In this document: positions 1 through 9,912 of the stretch, piece by piece
How positions within the stretch are numbered: position 1 is the first letter of the stretch
Layout: each line of letters starts with the position of its first letter
Origin: Promethearchaeota archaeon
Lineage (GTDB): Archaea; Asgardarchaeota; Lokiarchaeia; Sigyniarchaeales; Promethearchaeaceae
Assembly: GCA_016933055.1 (NCBI GenBank)
Contig: JAFGBS010000004.1
Location: 300,001-332,000 of the forward strand
DNA: 32,000 nt
Direction of reading: 5' to 3'
Notes under the pieces: model-generated
Seen by the model: only the letters and a program-made list of their open reading frames with translations
Told to the model about the DNA's origin: nothing
Database searches by the model: none
Program-made: the position numbers and the translations under genes

Positions 1-834
1 TAACTCTTTTCCAATCACGGATGGATTGAAAAAGCATTCTGGTGCTAGGAAGCGTTCAACGCCCACGGTAATGGTTTCTCCATCGGGTAGCATATAGACT
101 TTCTCGTTTCCAGAAATCTTTTTGGAAAGCATGATCTCTTTCTCCGGATCTAATGCAACATAACAGAGTTTCTCTTTAATATCTCGGACAATTTCTTTTT
201 CTGCGGATGTAGTAAAACTGAATCCTTTTTGTCGAAGTAATCGTTGTAGGTAGGTAGTAATGTCTCGTCCTGCTAAATCCAACCGGGCGATTGCATGAGA
301 TAATGCGAACCCTTCATAGATTGGCACGACGTGGGATACACCGTCTCCAATATCCAGTACACAACCCGTAGTACGACCGGATGCATATAAGGATAGTACT
401 GCTTGCATTGCTACGTATATCGCGGGGGTGTTAAATGTCTCAAACATAATTTCAGCCATGCGTTCTCGATTTGGACGTGGATTCAATGGTGCCTCGGTTA
501 ATAAAACCGGATGTTCTGATGGATCAACACGTAAATCGGTGTAGAACGTGTAATGCCAGATCTTCTCCATGGCTAACCAATCTTCAATGATACCGTGCTC
601 AACAGGGAACATTAATTTCAAAACCCCTTTCAATTGAAGAGCTTCTTCACCAATGTAGTATTCCCGTGTGTAGTGTTCGACGTCAGTCATGATTGAAGTA
701 TATTTTGGATAGCCAATTAGTGTTGGAAATACAGATCTTGGCTGATCTTCTCCCGCAAACCCGTTCTTAGAAATACCTGTACCGTTGTCGACAACTAATG
801 GTTTGGCCGACAAAAAATCTTGATCTTCTGCCAT
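1..834 (-). CDS. Actin (Lokiactin-type Asgard actin), 3' end truncated by window edge
   Basis: Not in the ORF track; translated by hand from ATG at 834: [45 protein letters not shown]...[10 protein letters not shown]...[29 protein letters not shown]...[27 protein letters not shown]. Both actin phosphate loops are present and the frame is open to position 1. Confidence 0.97.
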   Translation of the reverse strand, partial: MAEDQDFLSAKPLVVDNGTGISKNGFAGEDQPRSVFPTLIGYPKYTSIMTDVEHYTREYYIGEEALQLKGVLKLMFPVEHGIIEDWLAMEKIWHYTFYTDLRVDPSEHPVLLTEAPLNPRPNRERMAEIMFETFNTPAIYVAMQAVLSLYASGRTTGCVLDIGDGVSHVVPIYEGFALSHAIARLDLAGRDITTYLQRLLRQKGFSFTTSAEKEIVRDIKEKLCYVALDPEKEIMLSKKISGNEKVYMLPDGETITVGVERFLAPECFFNPSVIGKEL

Positions 835-1116
835 AATTTATAACCTACAGTTTTTGGTTTTTGGATAATTATACTAAGATTATTATCTTGAGGAATAGTT
901 ATTTGTTCTTACCTAAATGAATTAGCTTGTTTAGAGAAATTTTATCGGATAGAAATTTGATCTTAAATCCGTTTCTCCAATCTAAGTTTTATTTTCCTCA
1001 TAGATAACATCTTGTATTTTGAATGAAAAATGAAAAATTGACTGGATTAATCTTATTCCAAGGGATAATTTACTGTGGTATGGTCAACTTGCTATTATAA
1101 GTGAAGAAGAAAAACA

Positions 1117-2337
1117 TTAAAGAAACAACTTTTCCTTGCTTTTATACTTCACATCTTCCATGGCATCCCGAATGGCAATCAAATCCGAATTCGGGTCCAC
1201 ATACTTCTTTTTTGAACCCACTTCTAAATCAACCGCACAGATTTGGGTGCCATTCAAACTGGACATTTTTCCATAGACTCCATCGATCAGCATACTCATC
1301 GCATGATAGCCATATCTAAGTCCTGTTATTCTATCATACACGTTGGGGGTACCTGCCCTCATCGTATGCCCCAGAACTACGGAGCGTACTTCAAAATTAA
1401 CATAGTGCTGTTCAAAGAATTGTTTCAGTTCTTTTGTCCTCTTGATCTGTTTTGCGATTTTATCTGCAATTTTTAATGCATGAAGTTCTGGGTGACCGAA
1501 AGTATCCTTTGGAAGATTATTTATGTCCTCTGCTGATATCACAGTGAAATCCCGTTCTAAGGATTCCATACTGGGATATGCACCTTCAGCACATGCAATA
1601 ATGTGGTAAGTATATCCTGCCCTAACTCGTTCTCGCAAAACTTCAATAACATCTCGTTGAAAATCGAAAGGAGTTTCTGGTAGTAGAATAATATCCGCAC
1701 CTGAGGACAATCCGCTAAACAAAGTCAGCCAACCTGCGTCTCTTCCCATAATTTCTACTACAAAAATTCTCTGGTGGCTATGAGCGGTCGTTGTAATACT
1801 ATCAAGGGAATTACTTGCCAATTGAGCGCTAGAAAAAAATCCAAAGGTATAATCGGTTCCTGCTAGATCATTATCAATGGTTTTTGGACACGCAACGACT
1901 TTGGCATTTGTATATTTATATAGTGCTGCTCCCACTCCGCATGTATCATCTCCACCGATAATAATAAGGGCATCTAAACCTATAATATGCATCTTTGCTT
2001 TCAAATCGAGAGCAACTTTTTTTCGTAAGGCTTCTTGTGCTTTCGGGTCAGTAAGTTTTACAACCTCTTCAAAAGGATTGGAACGAGAGGTATACAAAAT
2101 TGTTCCTCCTCGAGTATGCAGATCATCTAATTCTCCAATTTTTAACTCCTCAACATAAAACTCTTTTATTTTTGGAATTTCTTCGATTGGAAATGTAAAT
2201 ATTTTCCATCCTTGCTTAATGCCAAGAATCTTTATGTCTTTCTCTTGATACCCACGAAGCAAAATACCATAGATCGCAGCATTCAGTCCGGGAGCATCAC
2301 CACCACCTGTCAAAACGCCTACGTTCACTGTGTTCAT
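1117..2337 (-). CDS. pfp: 6-phosphofructokinase, PfkA fold, probably PPi-dependent
   Basis: VLTGGGDAPGLN, GGDDT, PKTIDND, VEIMGRDAGW, LGHTMRAG. GGDD plus PKTIDND are the PPi-specificity residues; ATP enzymes have GGDG and PGTIDND. Confidence 0.9.
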   Translation of the reverse strand: MNTVNVGVLTGGGDAPGLNAAIYGILLRGYQEKDIKILGIKQGWKIFTFPIEEIPKIKEFYVEELKIGELDDLHTRGGTILYTSRSNPFEEVVKLTDPKAQEALRKKVALDLKAKMHIIGLDALIIIGGDDTCGVGAALYKYTNAKVVACPKTIDNDLAGTDYTFGFFSSAQLASNSLDSITTTAHSHQRIFVVEIMGRDAGWLTLFSGLSSGADIILLPETPFDFQRDVIEVLRERVRAGYTYHIIACAEGAYPSMESLERDFTVISAEDINNLPKDTFGHPELHALKIADKIAKQIKRTKELKQFFEQHYVNFEVRSVVLGHTMRAGTPNVYDRITGLRYGYHAMSMLIDGVYGKMSSLNGTQICAVDLEVGSKKKYVDPNSDLIAIRDAMEDVKYKSKEKLFL

Positions 2338-2399
2338 CTATTTTATTTATCTAAAAATATTTAGTACTCGAAATGTAGGATTTTTAAAGAGTTTTACCA

Positions 2400-2987
2400 T
2401 TATTCTTTGTTTTTTATCGGTTCAAACTGTAAATTATCGGTTTTTGTGCTAGCGATATAACTACCCCCAATTGTATCTCTTAAAATCAGATGAAAGGGGC
2501 TAGTCCCTTGGAGACAATTCAAGAGTATTTCAAGAGTTGATTCGATCTTCTGATAGTTCGCATCATCCTTGGAAGCGTGGGTGAGCATGACATTCGTGAA
2601 TTGTATCATTCTTTTTAAAATTCCTTCCACATTTGTGATCCAGTATTCAGCAGATGCTCCCGGTTCGATCTCAAAATCTGCTTCGGGTAATTCAATCACT
2701 CCTGTTGGACTTCGGAAGATTTTACTTGTCAAATCTCCATCATTGATCGTTAATGAATACGTTCCCGGAGCAAAGGCACTTCTTAATGGAATTATATCAT
2801 TACGACGAAAAGAGCACGCATTACATTCCATTAACAAAATTAAAATGTCTTCTCCATCGGGTAGAGTATGTACATTGCGGCTAATCTGTAAGATCCCTTT
2901 TGTACAACTTGGACATGGTATATCTTGAATTTCAGGTAAACTATATTTTTCTTCTAACGATGGTTTTGTTTCCCAATCCTTTCCCAT
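2400..2987 (-). CDS. ZPR1-family zinc-finger protein (single-module archaeal type)
   Basis: CPSC...CNAC zinc finger, then IFRSPTGVIELPEADFEIEPG and TNVEGIL, then LILRDTIGGSYI (ZPR1 A/B domain pattern). Confidence 0.9.
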   Translation of the reverse strand: MGKDWETKPSLEEKYSLPEIQDIPCPSCTKGILQISRNVHTLPDGEDILILLMECNACSFRRNDIIPLRSAFAPGTYSLTINDGDLTSKIFRSPTGVIELPEADFEIEPGASAEYWITNVEGILKRMIQFTNVMLTHASKDDANYQKIESTLEILLNCLQGTSPFHLILRDTIGGSYIASTKTDNLQFEPIKNKE

Positions 2988-3137
2988 TTTCCTATACCCA
3001 TTCTATTATCAAACTAAAACAGCTATTGAAGTTTCTATTTTAAGAATAAAAGTTTTTATGGATTAAGAATTCATGTGTTATATCATTAAAGCTTAGGAAA
3101 GCTAATTTTTAATGCAAATATAATTTAGGTTCTCTAT

Positions 3138-3728
3138 ATGTCGGTAGCAGTTCAAACAAAAGATATAATTAACGTAGTTATTCACGGACGAGGAGGACAA
3201 GGTGCAATCACGGCATCGAATCTCTTATGTGAATGCGCCTTTCGAGCGGGATTTAAAGATGTCCTTGATATTCCAAAGATTGGTGCCGAACGGCGAGGTG
3301 CACCTATTCAAGGTTTTGTACGTCTTTCTCGTGATAAAGAAATTAAACTCTACTCGGGAGTGCGGAATGCCGATTACACCCTTATTTTTGATTATACTCT
3401 TTTGGATATCCCTTCTGTTGTTAAGAGCTTATCAGGGATTATCCTACTGAATGCTCCAGAATTTATGAATTTGGATTGTATTGATCCAAGTTTTGAAGTA
3501 TGGATTGTGGATGCTACGGGTATATCTGTAAAAAATAAGTTAATGATTAGTGGATTCCCCATATTAAATACTCTCATATTGGGTGCTTTTGCCAAAATGA
3601 CAGGAATTTACTCCCTTGATATTATTAAAGATGTCTATAAAGCACGTTTTGGAAAGAACTGGGAAAAAAACTTTTTATCTGCAAAGGAAGCATATGAATC
3701 CGTGAAAAAAGTCGGGAGGAAAATTTAA
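3138..3728 (+). CDS. porC: 2-oxoacid:ferredoxin oxidoreductase gamma subunit (POR/VOR family)
   Basis: IHGRGGQGAITA, GAERRGAP, NTLILGAF. First gene of the gamma-delta-alpha-beta cluster; substrate cannot be determined from sequence. Confidence 0.9.
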   Translation: MSVAVQTKDIINVVIHGRGGQGAITASNLLCECAFRAGFKDVLDIPKIGAERRGAPIQGFVRLSRDKEIKLYSGVRNADYTLIFDYTLLDIPSVVKSLSGIILLNAPEFMNLDCIDPSFEVWIVDATGISVKNKLMISGFPILNTLILGAFAKMTGIYSLDIIKDVYKARFGKNWEKNFLSAKEAYESVKKVGRKI

Positions 3729-4075
3729 TGGGGGATTGGAGAAATATTTGTAAAGATAAGGACACAAGACCTGAAGTACAACAGTATGAATCTTGGAAGG
3801 AATTGCCCCCGATTCCAATTTGTTTTCCCGCTCATGCAAGTGATACGGGATCGTGGAGAACAGTTCGTCCCGTGACAAATTATGAGAAATGTACGAAATG
3901 CGGATTCTGCTATCTATATTGCCCAGAAGGTACAATCCACGAAGGAAAAGACGGATATTATCATGTAGAATATGATTATTGTAAGGGATGTGGTGTTTGT
4001 GCGAACGAATGCCCCGTAAAATGCATTACGATGGTATTAGAAAGTGACGCTCAGGAGGAGATAATGAATGACTAA
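3728..4075 (+). CDS. porD: 2-oxoacid:ferredoxin oxidoreductase delta subunit (2x[4Fe-4S])
   Basis: TGSWRTVRPV, CTKCGFCYLYCP, DYCKGCGVCANECP. Overlaps the gamma stop codon. Confidence 0.92.
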   Translation: MGDWRNICKDKDTRPEVQQYESWKELPPIPICFPAHASDTGSWRTVRPVTNYEKCTKCGFCYLYCPEGTIHEGKDGYYHVEYDYCKGCGVCANECPVKCITMVLESDAQEEIMND

Positions 4076-5327
4076 TACTGAATCTGAATTTGAGGGTATT
4101 CACTTACTTAAAGGGAATTACGCGGCAGCATACGCTGCACGCGCAGCAAATGTGCAAGTAGTTACAGCATTTCCTATTACTCCTCAAACACTCGTTGTTG
4201 AGAAAATCTCCGAACTGGTAGACTCTGGAAAGATGAACTGCGAATTCATTCGCATGGAATCAGAGCATTCTGTAATGACAGGTTTGATTGGAGCTAGTAT
4301 TGCTGGAGCACGCACATTTACTGGGACTAGCGGTCAAGGATTATTATATATGTCTGAACCTGTCCATTGGGCAGCTGGTACTAGACTTCCGATTGTAATG
4401 TCAATAGCATCACGAGGAATTGCCCCTCCATGGAATATTTGGGCGGATTTCTCAGACGTGATCACCCAAAGAGATTCTGGATGGTTGATACAACTCACAG
4501 CAACGCATCAAGAAATTTATGACAGCATCTTAATGGCATATAAGATCTCGGAAGATCCTGATGTAATGTTACCTTCAATGGTTGCCTATGGGGGATTTAT
4601 TCTAAGTCATACTTCTAAACCCGTGGATATGCCTCCTCAGGCTGAAATTGATGCTTTCTTACCTCAAATCCCAGACCAGGGATGGGAACATATCTTCCTT
4701 GATGCTGAACGTCCCATGATGCATGGAGCGTTAATAATGCCGGGAGATTTTTACCAAGAATTTCGAATGAAAATCCAACTTGCACAAATACGGGCCAAAG
4801 ATAAAATTAAACAAGTTTCCAAAAAATTTGGTGAGAAATTTGGGAGATATTATGGAAATGGTTTATTTGAGGAATACAATTCATCTGATGCGGAATATAT
4901 TATTATTAACTGTGGTGAAATTGCGAAACAGATGGAAATTGCAGTGGATTCTTTACGTAAAGAGGGATATAAAGTAGGGATGATTCGATTACGTACATAT
5001 CGACCTTTTCCATCCTCAGAACTAGTGCAAGCAGTTAAGCATGCTAAAATAGTCGGAGTAGTAGATCGAGCTACAGCTTTTGGAAGTCCCACGGGAGGTC
5101 CCATATCCACAGATGTTCGAGCTGCTTTGCAAGATGATCCAAACACAAGAAACTTGACAGTAGTTCCATTTATTAATGGCATTGGAGGACGGGATGTCCT
5201 ACCTGAGGAACAACGCGGACAATTTGAAACCTTATTTCATGTTTTAGATAAAGGTACCTACCCCAAAACTAAAGATCTTATGGATAAAACATATTGGACG
5301 GGTACTATTGATAGGAGGGATTCTTAA
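4068..5327 (+). CDS. porA: 2-oxoacid:ferredoxin oxidoreductase alpha subunit
   Basis: AFPITPQT, ESEHS, TGTSGQGL, RLRTYRPFP, GIGGRD. Confidence 0.93.
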   Translation: MTNTESEFEGIHLLKGNYAAAYAARAANVQVVTAFPITPQTLVVEKISELVDSGKMNCEFIRMESEHSVMTGLIGASIAGARTFTGTSGQGLLYMSEPVHWAAGTRLPIVMSIASRGIAPPWNIWADFSDVITQRDSGWLIQLTATHQEIYDSILMAYKISEDPDVMLPSMVAYGGFILSHTSKPVDMPPQAEIDAFLPQIPDQGWEHIFLDAERPMMHGALIMPGDFYQEFRMKIQLAQIRAKDKIKQVSKKFGEKFGRYYGNGLFEEYNSSDAEYIIINCGEIAKQMEIAVDSLRKEGYKVGMIRLRTYRPFPSSELVQAVKHAKIVGVVDRATAFGSPTGGPISTDVRAALQDDPNTRNLTVVPFINGIGGRDVLPEEQRGQFETLFHVLDKGTYPKTKDLMDKTYWTGTIDRRDS

Positions 5328-6260
5328 ATGACAAATATGAAAGATGTAAAAACCATTCCATATCGGGATCGCGAATTCTTCCTTCAGGGAAATGCAACTT
5401 GTGCCGGATGTGGCTTGGATTTATCCTTACGGTGGGCTCTTAAAGCATTAGGTCCAAAAACGGTGCTTGTAACGCCAGCTTCTTGTTTAAATGTAGTTAT
5501 TGGAATTTGGCCAAAAGCAGCACCAGATTTCCCCTTTATCAATATGGTATTTGCAGGGGGAGCTTCTGCTGCAACGGGGGTATATCATGGATTAAAAGCA
5601 CGGGGGATTGAAGATTATACAGTTATGACCTATGCCGGAGATGGAGGTACCACTGATATCGGAATTCAAGCATTAAGTGGTGCTGCAGAACGAGGAACTA
5701 ACATTATTTATGTATGTTACGATAATGAGGCATACATGAATACGGGGATCCAGAGATCCAGTTCAACACCTGTGGGAGTAATGACCACTACAACCCCTTT
5801 TGGAAAAACGGAGCAAAAAAAGAATTTACCAGCCATTATGGCGGCCCATAATATTCCATATGTAGCAACCGCCTCCGTAGCAGATCCATTGGATTTATAT
5901 GATAAGTTTAAAAAAGCCAAAGATATCAAGGGGCTGAAATATATTCATATCTATGCACCTTGTCCACCTGGATGGCGTATTCCAAGTGAAAAATCTGTAG
6001 AAGTCGCAAAAATGGCTATAGATAATGGAATGTGGATTTTATATGAAATTGAAGATGGAATTTTCCGATTAACTGGTAAAAGCAAACGACTCACGGATCC
6101 CAAGAAACGCAAACCAATCCATGATTATTTGAAAATACAAGGACGTTTTCGCCTAGTAAAAGAAGAACAAATCAAAGAGTTGGAACAGTATCGAGATTAT
6201 CTATGGAATCAAGTTGAAAAAGAATTACTATACCAACAAATGGAAGAAAAAACTCCATAG
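5328..6260 (+). CDS. porB: 2-oxoacid:ferredoxin oxidoreductase beta subunit (TPP-binding)
   Basis: CAGCG, GDGGTTDIG, YDNEAYMNTGIQRSSSTP, CPPGW. Confidence 0.93.
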   Translation: MTNMKDVKTIPYRDREFFLQGNATCAGCGLDLSLRWALKALGPKTVLVTPASCLNVVIGIWPKAAPDFPFINMVFAGGASAATGVYHGLKARGIEDYTVMTYAGDGGTTDIGIQALSGAAERGTNIIYVCYDNEAYMNTGIQRSSSTPVGVMTTTTPFGKTEQKKNLPAIMAAHNIPYVATASVADPLDLYDKFKKAKDIKGLKYIHIYAPCPPGWRIPSEKSVEVAKMAIDNGMWILYEIEDGIFRLTGKSKRLTDPKKRKPIHDYLKIQGRFRLVKEEQIKELEQYRDYLWNQVEKELLYQQMEEKTP

Positions 6261-6309
6261 AAATCCATCAATTTTATTTCTTTTTCCTCATTAACTAACT
6301 GCACAGATC

Positions 6310-7014
6310 ATGGGACATTTTATTATTCACTTAAAAGACTCGACTGATCCTACAATATATATCCGACGAGCTGCTGAAATAGTGATGGAGGGAGGCATTA
6401 TAGCTTATCCTACCGATACTGTATATGGAATGGGAGCAGATCCTCGCAATTTTAATGCGGTACAAAAAATATTTGCCATTAAGTTAAGAGATTCCTCTCA
6501 AGGAGTTCCTATTTTGGTACCGGATTTAGAGGATGCTCTGCGTATCGGAGTTTTTCGGCGCTTTGAGCAGGAATTATGTAAACACTACTGGCCTGGACCG
6601 TTAACCATAATAGTGCCCCTTAATACAAGTTCTGATATTACTTTAAATCGGTTAGTTACAGGTGGAAGTAGCAATATTGCAATTAGAATACCTCGAAATC
6701 CTATTATTTTAGGGATTTGTAAAATTTTGAAAGAATTATGTGGATTTGGAGGTATTATTGGCACTTCTGCTAACTATTCGGGACAACCTAGCTTAATTTC
6801 AGGTAAACAGGTTGTGGAAGAATTCTCCCATATTTTAGACTTCATTATTGAGATGGGATTTTGCAAAGAAAAAATCCCAAGCACTATCATACAATTTGGC
6901 CATGAAGACAAAAATCTGGTAGAAGCTCTATCCATTTTACGAGAAGGTAAAATATCTAGACAAGAATTATTATCGGTACTAGGAACACTTGGGGGATTAC
7001 ATGAACACTTTTAA
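6310..7014 (+). CDS. sua5: L-threonylcarbamoyladenylate synthase (TsaC/Sua5/YrdC family, short form)
   Basis: YPTDTVYG, IKLR, YWPGPLTII, AIRIP, TSANYSG, PSTII. At 234 aa there is no room for a C-terminal SUA5 domain. Confidence 0.9.
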   Translation: MGHFIIHLKDSTDPTIYIRRAAEIVMEGGIIAYPTDTVYGMGADPRNFNAVQKIFAIKLRDSSQGVPILVPDLEDALRIGVFRRFEQELCKHYWPGPLTIIVPLNTSSDITLNRLVTGGSSNIAIRIPRNPIILGICKILKELCGFGGIIGTSANYSGQPSLISGKQVVEEFSHILDFIIEMGFCKEKIPSTIIQFGHEDKNLVEALSILREGKISRQELLSVLGTLGGLHEHF

Positions 7015-7561
7015 TTTGATCATATCTTCTAATCGAACGTATGAAAATTATGCAGAGCAGGAAATCTGGTTTACATTGCTAATTTTGGGGGATTCATCTC
7101 CCGTAATTATGCATAGCCCTATTCCTGGTATTTTATTAATCCACACAAGGTTGAATCCCTATCAAGTAGTTCGGAAGATGCGATCGATATTGAAGAAAGA
7201 ACCTCACTTTTTCCAATATATCCTACGAGTGATTCCAATTGATAAGGTGGTGGAGTCTGATCTAGATTTGATCCATGATACGTCAGTTGAGTTATATCGA
7301 ATTAAGAAAAGATTGACTAAAAAACGTAATACTTTCGCTATTCATGTGAAAAAAAGAGCAACTCCATTGTCTCGAAACGAAGTTATTGAAAAAATCGTTC
7401 CAGAAATTCGAAATCGGGTGGATTTAAAGGATCCCGATTGGGTCCTCCATTTTGAAATTATCGGTAATATTACGGGAATCTCACTAATGAAGCCTGATTC
7501 TATATTTCGAGTGATTTCTGAGCAACGATCTATAATCATTCAACCGGATTTAGATGTTTAA
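7001..7561 (+). CDS. THUMP-domain RNA-binding protein (Tan1-like)
   Basis: ILRVIPIDKVV, TFAIHVKKR, RVDLKDPDWVLHFEII. ATG at 7001 follows GGGGGA and is preferred over the TTG at 6989. Confidence 0.8.
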   Translation: MNTFNLIISSNRTYENYAEQEIWFTLLILGDSSPVIMHSPIPGILLIHTRLNPYQVVRKMRSILKKEPHFFQYILRVIPIDKVVESDLDLIHDTSVELYRIKKRLTKKRNTFAIHVKKRATPLSRNEVIEKIVPEIRNRVDLKDPDWVLHFEIIGNITGISLMKPDSIFRVISEQRSIIIQPDLDV

Positions 7562-8234
7562 AATTCTCCATGAATAGTAGAGTCATTTTTTCTATAATTA
7601 CGTGTAAAATCGTTCGTATTTTTACCTCTTCTTTCTGATCAGTGATCTTATCTTCGGAAGAATACCCCAAACATAGTAGAGCATTTTTTATTTCAAAGTC
7701 ATGGATTTGAAATAGTGATTGTAGATACTGAATACGAGAATTTGTCAAATTCGGAGTTACATATTCTACGATGCGCGCCTTTATTGTTGGAAGAACAACC
7801 GTGGAAAATTGGGAAACTTTCTCTTTCGAGTCTCCTGTAATTATTATATTTGCGTATTCTGGATGGATTCCATCCTCAAAAGGGAACCCAACTTTCTCGA
7901 TCGCATTTTTAATCTGCCGTTGGAAAGATGTATAGATTAAATATTCTACTGATTTAGTATTGGAAATGTTGGACGAAAGCGCAAAAGCTTGTTCCGTGAA
8001 ATAAATTGCAAAATAGAGATGCTGGGGTGAGATGATGGGTTCTGGATTAAAAATTTGAATCGTAGTGGAAGTGGAATCTTGTAATTTGTTCAATATATCA
8101 AAAAATGCTTTCCTATTTTTCCATTGGGATAGAAATTGTATTTTCCCAATTCCTACATATCCAAATGAATCAAATTTCATTAGCTGATAAGAAGAAAGAG
8201 GAGCAATTTTTTTTATTAACAGCATATCCATCAC
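7536..8234 (-). CDS. cgi121: KEOPS complex subunit Cgi121
   Basis: IQIFNPEPIISPQHLYFA...NISNTKSVEYLIYTSFQRQIKNAIEKVG matches the Cgi121 pattern. True start is uncertain and could be ATG 8180. Confidence 0.75.
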   Translation of the reverse strand: MMDMLLIKKIAPLSSYQLMKFDSFGYVGIGKIQFLSQWKNRKAFFDILNKLQDSTSTTIQIFNPEPIISPQHLYFAIYFTEQAFALSSNISNTKSVEYLIYTSFQRQIKNAIEKVGFPFEDGIHPEYANIIITGDSKEKVSQFSTVVLPTIKARIVEYVTPNLTNSRIQYLQSLFQIHDFEIKNALLCLGYSSEDKITDQKEEVKIRTILHVIIEKMTLLFMENFKHLNPVE

Positions 8235-8278
8235 ACAGATAGTGTAATAAATGGTAATCGTATGAAAAACTTATCGAA

Positions 8279-9049
8279 TTATAGTGGTATTTCCAATAAA
8301 AATAACCAAGTTTCTGAACAATACCCAGTGACTTTAAACCAAATACCTGCCACAAGCAAAAAAAGCAGAAGAACAATAACAACCCAATCATAAATTTTAA
8401 GTTTTACCGGATATAAATGCGTTCGGTGCTTAATTAGGCCAAAAGAACGTGCTTCTAAACTTTCTGCTACATAATAAGCCCGTTTAATGGAATTTGTTAT
8501 AAGAGGTATAAGTAATGGGAATAAATTGCGGATTTGTTGAAACAATCCCCCTCGTTGAAGAACTAAACCCCGTGATTTTTGTGCCTTGGTAATTGTTTCG
8601 ACTTCTTGAGCCAATGTAGGGATAAAACGAAATGCTAAGGAGAACGAAAAAGCGATGGGATATGATATTCCAAATTTTGCTATAGCTTGTGTTAAATCCT
8701 CTGGACGAGTTGTTTGAAAAAAGATGGAGAATGCGATTATGATATTTATCAAGCGCAAGCTCATTCGAACGCCCAAATTCAGAGAATGAAATAAGGTATT
8801 AAAAAAAATGATAAAAAAGAGGATAAATGCCATCCCACGGAGGGAGTCTAAAATTTGTTTTCCCATATGTGCAATTAGGATCCACACAATTAATGTTGCA
8901 AGAAGCACAATTTGGACAACATATTCTCCAAATAGGATAAATAAGGTCATATATACTATCACTAAAAATAATTTTGAGCGAGGATCTAAGCGATGCACAA
9001 AATCATCCCGATCGATAAAATTGAATGCACTTAGAAGATCCTTACTCAT
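8279..9049 (-). CDS. ecfT: ECF transporter transmembrane component T
   Basis: LDPRSKL, TTRPEDL, AFRFIPTL, and Ala-Arg-Ser/Gly-type coupling motifs (AQKSRG, LEARSFG). Confidence 0.92.
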   Translation of the reverse strand: MSKDLLSAFNFIDRDDFVHRLDPRSKLFLVIVYMTLFILFGEYVVQIVLLATLIVWILIAHMGKQILDSLRGMAFILFFIIFFNTLFHSLNLGVRMSLRLINIIIAFSIFFQTTRPEDLTQAIAKFGISYPIAFSFSLAFRFIPTLAQEVETITKAQKSRGLVLQRGGLFQQIRNLFPLLIPLITNSIKRAYYVAESLEARSFGLIKHRTHLYPVKLKIYDWVVIVLLLFLLVAGIWFKVTGYCSETWLFLLEIPL

Positions 9050-9912
9050 AGATGTTCATGCCTCCCGATATGGTTTAGGAGATTTTCTGTAAGATCATTA
9101 AATCCCCGTGAATTGGATACTAAAGAGGATAATATGTCTTGAGAAGAGAGCGTTGAATTGATCTTCTTGTGAAAAAGGGAAAATTGGGGCTCCACTAATG
9201 ATCCATTTTTTAAAATTACCGGATTTGTCAAGATTTTCTCCTTTGGACCATCTGCAAGTATTTTCCCTCGTTCCAGAACGATAATGCGATCAAGATATGT
9301 ATAGGCAAATTCTGTGTTATGAGTGACAACAATCGTGGTTTTATTCTCATTTTTCGCATTCATCAGAATTTGATCCAAAATTTGATACCCGTACTTATCT
9401 TGACCTAGAGTGGGTTCATCGAATACAATCACATCGGGATTTCTGCATAAAACACAAGCTATGGAAACCTTTTTTCGTTCTCCACCCGAGCAATTCCATG
9501 GGGACTTATGCAATAACTTCTGCAATTCCAATTTCTCAATAGTGGATTTTTTATACTGGGTTTTTAGCTCTTTACTTATTTTCAAATTCTTTAGTGAAAA
9601 ATCTAGTTCCTCTTCCACGCTGCTGCAAAATAATTGGTGTTCGGGATTTTGAAACATTATTCCTATTTTTTTTGTCAATTCATATGGATCATATTCTTCA
9701 GTTGAGATTCCGTCAATAAAAACAGTGCCAGAGGTTGGAATCAACAGTCCATTAAGTTGCTGAATGAGAGTAGACTTTCCTGCGCCATTTCTCCCCATAA
9801 TGCCCACCATCTCACCTTTTTGAATGATAAGTGATACTTGATCTAGTGCATAGGCATCATTACCGTAGGTATAACTCAGATTTTCTATGAAAATCTGACT
9901 CAATTTAACCAC
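9046..9912 (-). CDS. ecfA2: ECF transporter ATPase component A'
   Basis: GRNGAGKST, FQNPEHQ, CSGGERKK, DEPTLGQD, VTH. Confidence 0.88.
   Translation of the reverse strand: MVKLSQIFIENLSYTYGNDAYALDQVSLIIQKGEMVGIMGRNGAGKSTLIQQLNGLLIPTSGTVFIDGISTEEYDPYELTKKIGIMFQNPEHQLFCSSVEEELDFSLKNLKISKELKTQYKKSTIEKLELQKLLHKSPWNCSGGERKKVSIACVLCRNPDVIVFDEPTLGQDKYGYQILDQILMNAKNENKTTIVVTHNTEFAYTYLDRIIVLERGKILADGPKEKILTNPVILKNGSLVEPQFSLFHKKINSTLSSQDILSSLVSNSRGFNDLTENLLNHIGRHEHL

Noticed and set aside
1101-1319. His/Pro-rich 72-aa plus-strand ORF
   Set aside because: Antisense to the PFK 3' end; its composition is explained by the reverse complement of PFK codons.
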